NCBI GenBank assembly: GCA_028534125.1
Contig: CM052817.1
Coordinates: forward strand, 103,170,001-103,234,000
DNA from: Lama glama
Taxonomy: Eukaryota
Direction: 5' to 3'
DNA length: 64,000 nt
Under the pieces are notes generated by a model. That model ran no database searches and was not told the origin of the DNA. It saw only the letters and a program-made list of their open reading frames with translations. A program made the position numbers and the translations under genes. Every line of letters starts with the position of its first letter. The first letter of the stretch is position 1. Of this stretch, positions 12,243 through 23,985 are shown one piece after another.

Positions 12243-12455
12243 CTAAAAGCCCCAAAATAGATAGCATGCAGACTCCATAGCACCAAACACAAGGCAAATG
12301 GCATACAGCGCAAAAAGCATCGTACAGTTACTAATCTATTACACACAGCTGGTAACGTCTTTGCCCTCCAGAATTGATGCCTAAGAAATCCACCTTAAAA
12401 ATAAAATACTCCCAATGCCCCTTCGATCCTAATTCTCTCTCCCCAGCTTCCCACC

Positions 12456-12863
12456 TGTTACACCCTGAATTGTGCCCTTCTCAGCCCCCAATTCATATAT
12501 TGAAGCTCTAAGTTCCAACGTCACTGTATTTGGAGATAAGGCCTTTAAGGACGTAATTAAAGTCAAATGAAGTCATAATCCAAAAGGTCTGTTGTCCTTA
12601 TAAGAAAAGGAATAGACACCAAAAATCCCCCCACCCCGCTTCCACCTCTGTCTGTCTGTCTGTCTGTCCCTCTCTCCACAAGCATGAAGAAAAGGCAATG
12701 TGAGTCCATAGAGAGCAGGCAGCTGCCTACAAGCCAGGAAGTGGGACCTCATCAGAAACCAATGCTGCTGGCACCTGGATCTTGGACTTCCAGCTTCCAG
12801 AACCGTGAGAAAATAAATGCCTGTTGTGGTATTTTGTTATGGCAGCCCGAGCAGACAATCACA
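12456..12863 (+). mobile_element. MaLR MLT1 (MLT1A/B-like) solo LTR
   Basis: Typical MLT1 sequence (GTATTTGGAGATAAGGCCTTTAAGGA...GGACTTCCAGCTTCCAGAACCGTGAGAAAATAAAT). 5-bp TSD CCACC at 12451-12455 and 13415-13419. Confidence 0.85.
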
Positions 12864-12864
12864 C

Positions 12865-13411
12865 TGTTAGGTGGTTAGGTAAGTGGGGGCACCAGGCAGA
12901 CAGGTACAGGTGAGGGAGGACAGTCCAGGAGATGGTGGTGTGCCCACCTCCAGCATAAAGAGGCTTTACTTCCTCTAAATGAGTGCCAGCCAGAAACCAG
13001 TTAGAACCTGACAGCCACAGCTGTGTGGTAGCGACAAGGACCTAACCAGACATGACCCAGTGCTCATTATAATTACCATTGTGGTTTAGGCCCCCACCCC
13101 ATGGATTTTTCCTGTGTGCATCATGGGTAAGGACATGCACAAAAGGGGACAAACATGACTGGGCACTCCAGGGGCAAGAGCTGTCAGTCAATCAAGAGAC
13201 CACCTCCAAGCGAGAGTATAAGGGGAAAGGGCAAAGACCATCGCTACCCGCCCTTGGATCAGCCCGCCTCCCATTCTTGGAGGGGTACTTTCCCTTTGCT
13301 AATAAATCCTTTAAAATGTTTCACTACACAACACTTTACCTCCTGTCTGAATTCTTCTCTTTCCGGTGAGACAATAACTGGGGTCTTTTCCTTTCCCCTT
13401 TTGGGCTAACA
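12865..13411 (+). mobile_element. ERV1-class solo LTR (547 bp), antisense to CPE
   Basis: TGTTAG...CTAACA terminal inverted repeats, TATAA at 13217-13221, AATAAA at 13301-13306, 4-bp TSD ACAC/ATAC. Confidence 0.85.
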
Positions 13412-13663
13412 ATACCACCCCACCCCTAATAATTCATAACAATACATCATGTGCCTCCTATCAATTAAACACGGAACTTTCATGTTTTCTTACTTAGTCT
13501 TTGTCAAACATCTAAAAACAGGTATTAGCCATCTCTATTTTAAGGTGAGCAAACTGAAGTTCAGACGTGGAAGAGGCCAGGCCTCAGTCACGCAGCTAAT
13601 GAAGCCAGGATTCAAATGCTGGCCTTCTCATCTAGTTAAAATTTATACTTTTTTTTTCCCAAC

Positions 13664-13900
13664 CATAGTGACTAAAAGCATTAACTTCTAGAGCCAGTCT
13701 TTGTGGTTCAAATCCTGGCACCAATTATCACTAGCTGGCCTCCAGTAGTTATTTTAGCTCTCTGTGGCTCTGTTTCCCCATCTATAAATGAGATACTAGA
13801 TTCTACCGCAAAAAAGTTACAAGAACTAAGTAAAATAATGTGTGTAAATGCTTAGAACAGTGCCTGGCAAAAAAAAAAAAGTGCTATATATTTGCTATCA
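13664..13900 (+). mobile_element. MIR SINE, near full length
   Basis: GGTTCAAATCCTGGC...CTGTTTCCCCATCTATAAATG...GCTTAGAACAGTGCCTGGCA. Confidence 0.8.
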
Positions 13901-14177
13901 TTATTTTTCATATTACTTTTACATCATATTATCTTGTCATTACCACACATAATCTATCGTTCTCTTTACAACAGCCTACTAAAACACAGAAAGGTATTTT
14001 TATTATTGTTATTGTAGAAATCAGCCAAAGAGGGTAAGGTTTGCTGAAGGACCCAGAATGCAAACATAAATCATAAATGCCTGTTTCGTTGCAGTTTAGG
14101 AGGAGGAGTAAAATTGCAGAGCACAGCAGCCAAGTAATCTCAGTCCTCTTGCTCTGCTCCTTTCTGTTTCATCCATC

Positions 14178-14772
14178 TGTTGTGGGAGAACAGGCTCTTG
14201 TCTTGTGCAGGAAAGAATTCAAGAGCAAGGCGTGGTAAAGTGAAAGCAAGTTTATTTAGAGATACACACTCCACAGACAGAGTGGAGTCTGTCTCTCTCA
14301 GAAGGGAGAGCAGCCTAGGAGATACATAGCCCATATGCAGAATGTGGCCATCTCAGAAAGGCGAGAGGGAGAGAAGCCAATAGGTGTGGGGTGTTGAGTT
14401 TAAAGAAAAAGTAGATACACACTCCATAGACAGAGTGCAGGCGGTCTCAAGAAGGCAAGAGAGGCAGCGACCATGAGGTGCGGGGTTGATAGGTTTTACA
14501 GGCTGGGTAATTTCATATGCTATTGAGTAGGAGGATTATTCCAACCACTTTGGGGAAGGGCCGAGGATTTCCAGGGAACACCCCTCACCACCTACTTTTG
14601 GACCTTTTATGGTCAGCCTAGGCACTGTCATGGCACCTGAGGGTGTGCCATGAGGCTCAAGGTCTACTGGGAGTCGAATCTTTCGCCATCTTGGTTCTAA
14701 CCAGTGTGTCCTGTCCTCATTGCTGTGTCATTCATTCAATGGTTGCACGCTGACCCCTTTCCTCCCACTTCA
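14178..14772 (-). mobile_element. ERV1-class solo LTR (595 bp), same orientation as CPE
   Basis: Minus strand reads TGAAG...CAACA. Perfect 4-bp TSD CATC at 14174-14177 and 14773-14776. AATAAA on minus at 14256-14251. Three internal ~50-bp related repeats starting AGATACA. Confidence 0.85.
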
Positions 14773-16349
14773 CATCCAACTGGCCCAATTTCTTCAGTGG
14801 AAAAGATCCTCCCATTTACAAAATCACTAGGATTGCTCACCTCTGGTTAAAAAAAAACATAAAAGTTGGAATTACCTTTCTTCTAAAAATATATTATCTA
14901 AATATTTTTTCTTGAGATTCCTGGGTCTGTGCTTTGAGTGACTGCTAACCGCAGAAACCATGCCGTGTGTGACTGCTCAGCCTGAGATGAAGCTAATCTT
15001 AATCTAAGGATCAGGTGGGAACAAGGTCAGTGCTATTTATAGGCCTCTCGTTTTTCACTTTGAGGGAACGTCTCTAACAGAACTAACCCCAGGGACTCAC
15101 CCAGGAGGTATGTGAGAAGAGACGTTTTCTTTGCTTCTGATTTCAAAAGTCATAATAATCTTTTCTGTCCAAGTCACCCCCCTTAGTGGCTGTGTTAATG
15201 GGACTGAGGCACAGAGGAAACTACAGTGGTCCTTTACGAAAGAAAACAGAGACCAAGAAGCCAGGGGGATGTCAGAGGCCCACCTCCCAAAGTTATTTGA
15301 GAATGCACTGTCGCAGGCACTCCGGTCCTGCTGCCTTACCCCAACACAACACTGAAGCTTCGGACACTTAAAAGGGCTTGACCCACAACCCATAAAGAGT
15401 AGATGAGCACGCTGAAATGTTCTATTACTCCTCTGGATTAAAAAAAAAAAACTTTAATCATTTAAAGAAGAAATAGCAAACTCACAGCTACTTAGCCCAA
15501 TGTGGCACCCCAGTGTTTTGTTTGGCTGTCACTATATATCTTGTGTTTGAATTTGAATGCTTTGGGGTAGAGCATGTTCTTTCAGTTCTGCCACAAGCCG
15601 CACCACTCCCTATCGCTGCTTTATTTATTTGTGGTTTCAGAATCAGGACATTGTCAGTGTGGTCCTGCTTCTTCAGCTCTGTGGGAAATCTCAGGAACAA
15701 GTCTCCCCCAATACATCTGTTACATTTGTAAGGAGATAGTAATAATAATGACAATCGAAATGCTTTAGATTGACACAAAGACGGGACTGTCAAGGTCACT
15801 TTCTAGAAGCTATCAATGTATGGAAATAAAAAGTAAGGCATAGATGACTTAGCGAAAGAAGAGCAAAGTGTAGTTTTATACACTTCTTCCATCTTCAGGA
15901 ATAAATTAGATCACTAGATAATGCTGGCACCAGAATACAGAAGGGCTGTGATCTTTTAAGCCTACAGACATGTCATGTGAGATGGAGAAGAGCCACAGTT
16001 TAAATACGGCAGCTGTTGAAAATATGCAAATATGCAAATCCCAGTGTCAGACGCTACCGAGGCCCCGAGGCAGGTAGAGGGGCACTCCCAAACTCAAAGA
16101 GCGGAGGGTCCAGAGGACACAGACATGCACACCAACAGTGTGCAGGAGGGAGGTAACGGTGAATGTTGGATCCATAACCAACCAGCTTCAAGGCTCCAAA
16201 CTGAAATGTTACTACTGCCCCTCTGTCCTCTCTCTAGCCCCTTTCCCTCCCAAAGCCAGAGCTGTCTTTACACAGTGCAATCCTCATCAGCTCCCTCTAC
16301 CTGAAAATCCATCAGCTAACTTCCCCCTGGCCTTCCCCACAAAGACCAA

Positions 16350-17560
16350 AGTCCTCAGCGGGACCTCTAACCCCGCAGGGTCTGGCCTGAGGACCTCTCC
16401 TCTCCGGGGGCACCCACGCCTCCTCCGGCGCAGGGCTCTCCGCGCCATGCTGTCCACTCCTCACACACGCTGTGCCCGCTCAGCCTTCTGCTCACGGATA
16501 ATTACAGTTTCCTTAGAGCATCTTACATTCCAAGTCCAGCTCCTTTGTTGTTTTTAACACCTCCGTTTGAAAATGTGCAGTAATCACTGTGATGATTTGT
16601 TTAACCCCCCACCCCGGACTGTGTGTCTGTTAGGAGTGGGATGTGCCCGAGTCAGCTCACAATGCGCCACCTGTGCCCAGCACGGAGTCCGAAACAGTGA
16701 GGGCGCAGGAACACCAGTTAAATGCATCCACGAGTAAGTGAATAAGTGAATGGTCTTCTTCTAAATCCCACGCCCTGGCGGCGGGACCGACATGCCCGTG
16801 AGATGCAGGTGCAGTCACGGCCTCTGAAAACCTTTCCGCAACAGCCAAGGGGGGTAAATGAGTAACCGCAGGGGGCCGAGGCAGTACCAGGGAGTCCGCG
16901 CCCCGAGGCCCCAGCGCTTGCGGCGCCGCCCGCCCCGCATCCTCAGGCAGGAATGGAAATTCTTCTTTGGGAATGAAGGCAGCACTGCGGGAACAGCTGA
17001 TGTCCCAGGAGGAAGTTTAATCTCCACGGTCACAAGCGAACCACAGAAGCCCTCTAGGCAAGCAGCTCCCTAAGGCTATTTTTGTTGTAAGGTCTAAATA
17101 GAGGGTTCTGGAGAGACTTTGCCTTCACCATCTTTAGCCCAGAAATAGACACAAAACGGAAGACTTTGGCCTTGGACAAAAGCGTCTCTCTGTGTCAACT
17201 GGCCTTCGGTCTGTTGAACAAAGGAGTGACAGCTTTGCATCAGCACTTCATTTGCTTTCCTGCGGCGATGAAGACGGAGTTTCCAACAGACCGTTAAACG
17301 GATGACACACGCGGTCCTGCTGACAGCGTCTGCAGGGGACACGTGCCGGGGAACAGGGACGTCACGCCCCGCGGCCGTCACTGTGACGCACGCGCGCCAG
17401 ACGCCCGCTCAGCGCTCGGCAACGGGCCGAGCAGCCGCGAGCGTCCCCCGGGTGCACGTGCGGACGGTTGCTCTCACATTCGTCTTACTGCCCTCACTAA
17501 TTCATTGCCCTTTTCACCCGATAGTTACCCGGAGCTCCTGATCCTGCAGCCGAGGAACCG
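16350..17560. promoter_or_regulatory. Intronic CpG-rich island overlapping L2/MIR remnants
   Basis: High CpG density against an AT-rich background (11 CpGs counted in 16861-16940). GC boxes, CACGTG E-boxes and a CRE-like GACGTCA. Confidence 0.55.
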
Positions 17561-17975
17561 TGTTTGTACAGGTTGCATTGCAGCGACTCAGGAAGGAGAG
17601 CTTCCCGGTTACATCAATTTTTTCCACAATTCTGTGTAATCAGTTTTCCAGTTACTTCGCGTGGCACACGGCCATCCAGCAAGCCATCCGTAAAAGACGA
17701 TCACCTCACAAACCACATTCAGCCTGGCTGGGCTGAGTTTCTATCTTATCTGCGTCACAGGACAAATAACGTTATCAGACTGGATCTGCATTCTCATCAG
17801 AACAAGATAAAAGTAACTTATAAGATTTATTTTTTTTAACATAAGCGCCAAATTTTTACCAAAGTCAGAAATATTATATCCCAAACTGGAGCAAGTAAGT
17901 GATTTTCAGTTTCACACTTGTAACTCTTAATTTGCCCCAATTGTATTAATGTGATTTGAAATAACTAAGTCAGGA

Positions 17976-18054
17976 AGGAGTGGAAGGGGGAGGGAGGGAG
18001 AGAGGGAGGGAAGAAGGAAGAAAGAAAGAAAGGGAGAAAGGAAGGAAGAAAGAA
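17976..18054. repeat. Purine-rich (GGAA/GAAA/GGGA)n low-complexity tract
   Basis: Direct reading. Confidence 0.9.
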
Positions 18055-19729
18055 GTTTCTACTGCTTTAAAAATAAAACATAAGTATTTTGCACCTCAGA
18101 ACCCCACACCCTTAGGCTCAGCACGTGGGTGAAGTCTGCAGCTGACAGCAGACTGGCAAAGCCCCCAGATGGGAGGCTTTAAGGTGACCAGAGAGCCACT
18201 GAAGCAGAATCCATAAAAAATAGGCTGAGCCTGAAAAAAATGATCTAATAAAGGGGCAAAGGTGAATAAATAATATTGTCTGCCTTTCCACAAAAAGGAA
18301 AATTTACTGTCACCCCCTTATTTGATCCAATGGTCAGCCTTTCTGTCCCTCTAATATTTTCTCCTCTTGGTAATAGCTGACAGACAGGCTAACAGATTTA
18401 AGTCCCCTTTCAAATCTTAGAGTCAATTATTCAATGACCGGTATATGGGAAGAAAACTGCAGAGGGAAAGTATCTTATGGAAAATGAGGTAAATGTGAAA
18501 GTAGGATGTAAATTGGAAGTTCTATCTAACAAGTACAGCATCATTGTTTAGAAAAAATAAGTAGATGAAGGGTGTTTAAAGGAACTTGATTATAATAACA
18601 AGACCCTTCATCTTTCGTCCTGCAGAAATGAAATTCATAATGAGATGAATCTATTCTTCCCCCAACATCAAACTACTGTCAAAAATGAAAGTCCCATAAC
18701 TCATTTGAAAGATACATACTTAACTCATTGATTTCAAAATACATGTTCCTGCTATATGTAATATACTAAACACATTGCTGAATAACTATAGCATACAAAA
18801 ATAAAACCCCACTTCCCAAAGATATGATGGTAAAATGTGCACATAACCACTGAATTTGAGAAACAGATAACCAGCTATACAAATAGCACAATCACTGAAC
18901 TGACTTGATTCACAAAAGGCTGTGCAAACAAGCTGGATACGCCTGTGGAACACATGGGGTTTTTTAATCAGTGACTTTCCTCCCTCAGTGGTAAACCTGA
19001 GGTTAAGATATTAGTGCTAATAATGGTTTCCACTTGTTTGACATTCTAACATATTATAGTCTACAAATCACACTTGCAGAATGAGCCCCATAAGTTCCCC
19101 AATACTTGTGGATAATATGTCATTAATTGGCTCCTGTTTCAGCACATGTTAGCAGCCTAAAATGCTGAGTATATTCCTGAAAGAAATGCAAATCTCCAGG
19201 GGCCAAATAAACAAAGGAAGAAACTGGGTATGGTTATAAAAACAGATGCCAGATGAGGCACAAATAAAGAAGGAAGGGAGAAAGAAACCAAGGAAAGGCA
19301 AAAGAACAAAAAAACAGTTGCAGAAGAAAATACTGAGTTAGAAGATTATAATACCTTGCTCCCTTCTTCCAAGTTACATTTTAAAATAACTAAATTAACA
19401 TGACACCTTGAAAGTGAAATCTCGCTTCATCTGATTTTTAATGGGCACTCAAAATAGAATATATTACAGAATTAGTATGCAGAGATACACTACAGAATTA
19501 TTTTTTAAAATAGTAATTGTGTGTTAGAAATTACACATAATTTGAAAGTTCTCTTACAATTGGTATCTAGAATGTTCCTAGTAATAGCCTACTTGAAAAA
19601 AAGAGGGTAAACAAAAGACCAGAAGCTATTTCCAGCCTTACAAATACAATGTCTGAGTTCTAATATTAACAAATACCTTCAACTTTTCTGAAATTAAAAT
19701 ATTTGTTTTCATACAGGCATGCTAGATAC

Positions 19730-19900
19730 AATGAGAAGCTGGTAAACGTTTAACAAGCAGCTCTGATCTGTAGCATTTCCCAATTTCCATGGTGTAAATA
19801 CTGCCACCACGGCCAGTATGAGGCTCTCTGTGTGAGGTCACCTGGCTCACACACATACTGAATAGCAAAATAGACCTCATAAGCCAGTGCAAGCCTACAT
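19730..19900. mobile_element. MER63-like hAT DNA transposon fossil
   Basis: CTGGTAAACGTTTAACAA...TGTAGCATTTCCCAATTTCCATGGTGTAAATACT matches the recalled MER63 sequence. Confidence 0.6.
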
Positions 19901-20482
19901 CACTGCCATGCAGAGCAATTTCTTGGGATGGATGTCTCGTCGTAAGTTCTCCAGAAGGGAATCTGAGGTCTAAGAAATCTGAAGACTTTTCAAACACCTG
20001 ATACGATAATCAGGCTAGCCTCTACCCTAATGTCTTTCTTTATGTTTAATTTTTTATGTTTAATTTTACACAGGAAGACTTAAAAGAGGTTTGTTTGGGT
20101 TTTTCTTGCATTGAGATAGAGCTGTTTTCCAGAATACTGCACCATTAGCATTCTAGGAGGGAGGAAAGGTAGAGAGAAGTGGGAAATTTGGGAGCTGAGT
20201 TAATTAGCCCAGAAGTTATTGATGCACTGGATTCTATCACCCTCTTTCTCTGAAACTGGTCATAATAAATCAATGAAAAAAATTCACTTTAACCTATTAA
20301 ATAGTTTTTCTAAAATACTTATCAGCAATTTTACGTATTCAAAGTTTCTTTTTTCTTCCTACAGTCTTGACCTACGAAGCTATCTTCACAGTAGAAAAGG
20401 CAACATAATTTCGTGCCCACTCATATAGAAACTTGTAATTTAAAAATCAGAGAAATTAGCTATTTAAAATTAGTAACCTGAA

Positions 20483-20604
20483 GGGGGAGGGTTTAGCTCA
20501 GTGGTAGAGCATGTACTTAGCATGCACAAGGTCCTGGGTTCAATCCTCAGTACTTCCGTTAACTAAATAAATAAACAAACCTAATTATCACCCCTCCAAA
20601 AAAA
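20483..20604 (+). mobile_element. tRNA-derived SINE (camelid vic-1-like)
   Basis: GGGGAGGGTTTAGCTCAGTGGTAGAGC...GTCCTGGGTTCAATCC...AAACCTAATTATCACCCC plus A tail. Same family as 4497. Confidence 0.85.
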
Positions 20605-22910
20605 TTGTTACATTAAACACTTTATAATGACTAAGGAGAGACTGCCTACAAAAGGCTTTAGATTCAGGGAAAAAAAAAAACTTTGACTTGTTTAAGAGCA
20701 TCATGAAGTGAACACATAACTTTTAATACAGAAACGAGATAAGGCAGAGATGGTTTTAATGATGTAGTTTCATGCTTTATAATCTTTGTGTAATATTAAT
20801 CACAGAATTGCTGCAAAGCACCACAACAGTGACAGACCTTCTCAAATGCACAGCAGGATGCCTCTGTGGACTCATTTACTGAGGATGGCTTTGGACCATA
20901 AAGCATCTTTTAGAAGTATTAATTTCTAGATATTTTAGATAACTCTCTTAAAAGGTTCTACTGTCTTTTACCAGTATTCTTATCAAATAAAGTAAAATGT
21001 AAAGATAAAATTTATCTAAGAGGCCAAGAACAGAACAGAATTCAATGAACTGGCACTAGAAATGAGGGAAAAGAAACAGGAAAGGACTGGTTTAAGACAA
21101 GTGACTATGATTCAGGTCTTTACTGACTCTCTCATCAACATATTTGGTTGTGATCTGTATGTTTATTTTGGAAAACAATGCCCTTGAGGAACTGATTTTG
21201 TAGCTTGAGAAGAGAAATTTAGGTATAGCATCAAGTTTCTGAAAGTTGCAGGTTGTTATGTGGGGAAGGATTTGATTGATTCTGCACAACCCCAGAGGAC
21301 AAAACTAGAATTGAAACTAGAACGTTCAGAGAGAGAGGTGAAGAACAAATTTCTTTCAACTAGAGCTGCTGGAAGACAGGTTGGCTGCAATGAAATCATT
21401 AATTCCCCCAGAAGGCACAAAGGTATCTCAGCGACATGGCACACAGGTGGGACTGGATGGTCTCTTCAACATCCTGTGATTCCATCAAAAGAAGACCTTT
21501 GACAAACTATTGGTATTCAAGCTTCTAAATGTGTCCCATACAAATCAGATACATGTTCTCAATACATGTTAGTTGACAATTTTGATAGTTCTCTGAAACA
21601 AAGAGAAAATGGTGGATCATCTCAGTGAGCTAAGACATGATTATGAAGAGTCATGGAAAAACACGAGTCTATTTCCAGCAGTCATCTCTCTGTGCCCATG
21701 AATAAAGAGCTCATCTTATTTCAAAGGTGAACATTTGAGAGGACCAGAAAAGTGACATCATCGGAACCTGTGTGGGTGGAAAATGTCAAGCATTTCTAGC
21801 AGATGCGGATGAATGAAGAAGAAAAACTACAATTTGCTAAAAACAGATAAAGTGGTAGCAAGGGTAACTACCTACAAAAATGAGCGATGTTAAAGCTTGG
21901 TTGAACAATCTCTCCCCAGAAACTCTTTGAAACTTCCTTTTTAATTCTCTCAAGAAGAAGGTAACTCAAAAGTCAAGTTCATTTGTCAAAACATCAACAT
22001 CATAACTGAAGACTTGCAGTGCTAGGCATATACCAGTCTCAGAAGCAGCAGGCAATACAGCAGAAGCTTTTAAAGACAAGTAAAGGACCAAATCAAGTCT
22101 GGGTCTTTCTCCTGCCTCAGCACTGAAGCCAGTACTGAGCTGGAGATGACTCACCTGTGGGAGGGCTGGGTCTGCCAGGTCTCCCTCCAAGAGATTACTG
22201 CATATCAGGGCATTCATGAAGCATCATCTTTTTTTTTTTTCAGAGCTTTTGAAGAAAAGTTTGCTGACTTAACAATTCTATAGGTCAGAATCATTTGTGG
22301 GCTTGCAACACATACAGATTTCTGAGATCCATTACCAAAGATCATACTTCAAAAGGTCTGAGCAGGGCCCTGAACACGTGTATTTTTTAAGGATCTAGAG
22401 GTGATTCTGACACCCTTCCAGGAAGGAGGAGTGGTTAGGGATGTAGGTGTAGGGAAAGTCTAGTGTGGGAGGAGTTCAGTGATGCCAACAGTCAGGTAGG
22501 AATTCCAACAGCTAAGGGCCATTGGGATACAGACTGAATAGGGTAATAGTTCTTTTCAATTTGTGGGTCGTGAACTTTTTTGAGAATTTGATTTAAACAA
22601 AACTATGAATTCTCTTCTCTCATATTTGCAAAGAAAAAAATCCACAAAATTATGCAATAATCTTACAAACTTAAAGAATCATATGACTAGACATTTACAA
22701 GTCAGGAAAGAGGGGGGATCACAGCCACCATAAGCATCTCTTACACAGGCTGGTTTTCTGTTTCAGACAAACGGGAGACTATTGCTTGCACTTCCTTCCT
22801 GCAGATGGCCCAGAGCAGCATGGCAGCAATTTGGCACTGTTTAAAAAAGCTGGGAGAGGGGGCAGCATGGACTTAGGTGAGACAAACGTGTGTTTGAATT
22901 TCAACTCTAA

Positions 22911-23449
22911 TGAAAGCAGCTCTTTTGACCCTTTCTTGTTTGCCCATTTCTGTCCCCCTCTAACCTTAACCTAATTACAGGAATGAGATCACTAAGCAAT
23001 TGAAACTAACCCCTGACTTATGCTGTCTTGAATGTACACCATGCCTGGCCAACTGGTTCTTTTCCTGGATGAAAAGAAGTGAGAATGAAGAATTAAGCAG
23101 TTCAAGAATGACTAGCTGTCCACCCCCAACAACACCTCAGCAATCCTGCAGGCAGACCACGTAGGCAACGTAACATCTGAAGAGGGAATCAGCCAGTCTG
23201 CACACAATGGAGATGATGCAGAACCAAACTTCCTGCCTTGATGATGATTCACTGAGATTCTTCCCCCATTTTTCCCTTTAAAAACTGTCATGGCTGAGCA
23301 AAATCTTCTGAGTTGGTCTCAGGACATGAGTCCACCTTCTCCCCAGATTGCTGGCTTTTCTGATTAAAGCAACTTTCCTTTCTGCTGACACTTGCCTTTC
23401 AAATTATTGGCTTTTGAGCAGTAAGCAGCCAAAACTGAATTTGGTAGTA
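22911..23449 (+). mobile_element. ERV1-class (MER34/MER39-like) solo LTR inserted in a MIR
   Basis: TG start, ATTAAA polyA signal, U5-like GAGCAGTAAGCAGCC...TTTGGTAGTA end. TSD CTAA at 22907-22910 and 23450-23453. Confidence 0.7.
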
Positions 23450-23825
23450 CTAACATCGTATATGCATGTATCTAAACTTCTTCAAGCAACCCCTTCCCCT
23501 GTCCCCAGTATTCTTTTCCCTAACTTGGCTTACTAAAATCTCTTTTGTTGTGTTGTTGGGAGGGTTAAATCAGAAAATACAGAGATGAGACATTTTGCAT
23601 CATGCCCCACAACTAGCAGGTAACCAGTAAATGGAAATAATATTGCCCATGACACACATTGCTATCATAATATGAACAATCTCCCCTGTTTGAGACAGAA
23701 GAAGTTAGAAGCATCTAACAGGAATATGAGGTGACAATGGGATCTTTCAAAGAGCTATGGAACCTAAGTGGATTTGGAAAATTAACCAATCCTTCAAGAG
23801 TATAGATAATAACTTAGTCCATATG

Positions 23826-23985
23826 GCAGGCTCCTCAAACTTGGACGTGCATGTGAATCTCCTGGAGATGCTGTTAAAATGCAGATTCCAATTCAGCAGG
23901 TCTGCAGTGGGGCCTGAGAGCCTGAAGCTCTAGGAATCTCCCAGGGGATACAATGCTGCTGTCCATGACCACTCTTTGAGCATAG
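23826..23985. mobile_element. MER5A hAT-Charlie fossil
   Basis: CTCAAACTT...GAATCTCCTGGAG...TTAAAATGCAGATTCC...GGGGCCTGAGA. Confidence 0.75.

Noticed and set aside
16032..17839. Cluster of Arg/Pro/Ala-rich ORFs
   Set aside because: Expected from stop-codon depletion in GC-rich DNA; no recognisable protein.
20483..20556. tRNA-Ala-like gene (also 4497 and 55645)
   Set aside because: Degenerate stems, a shared non-tRNA body and A-tail show these are SINEs.
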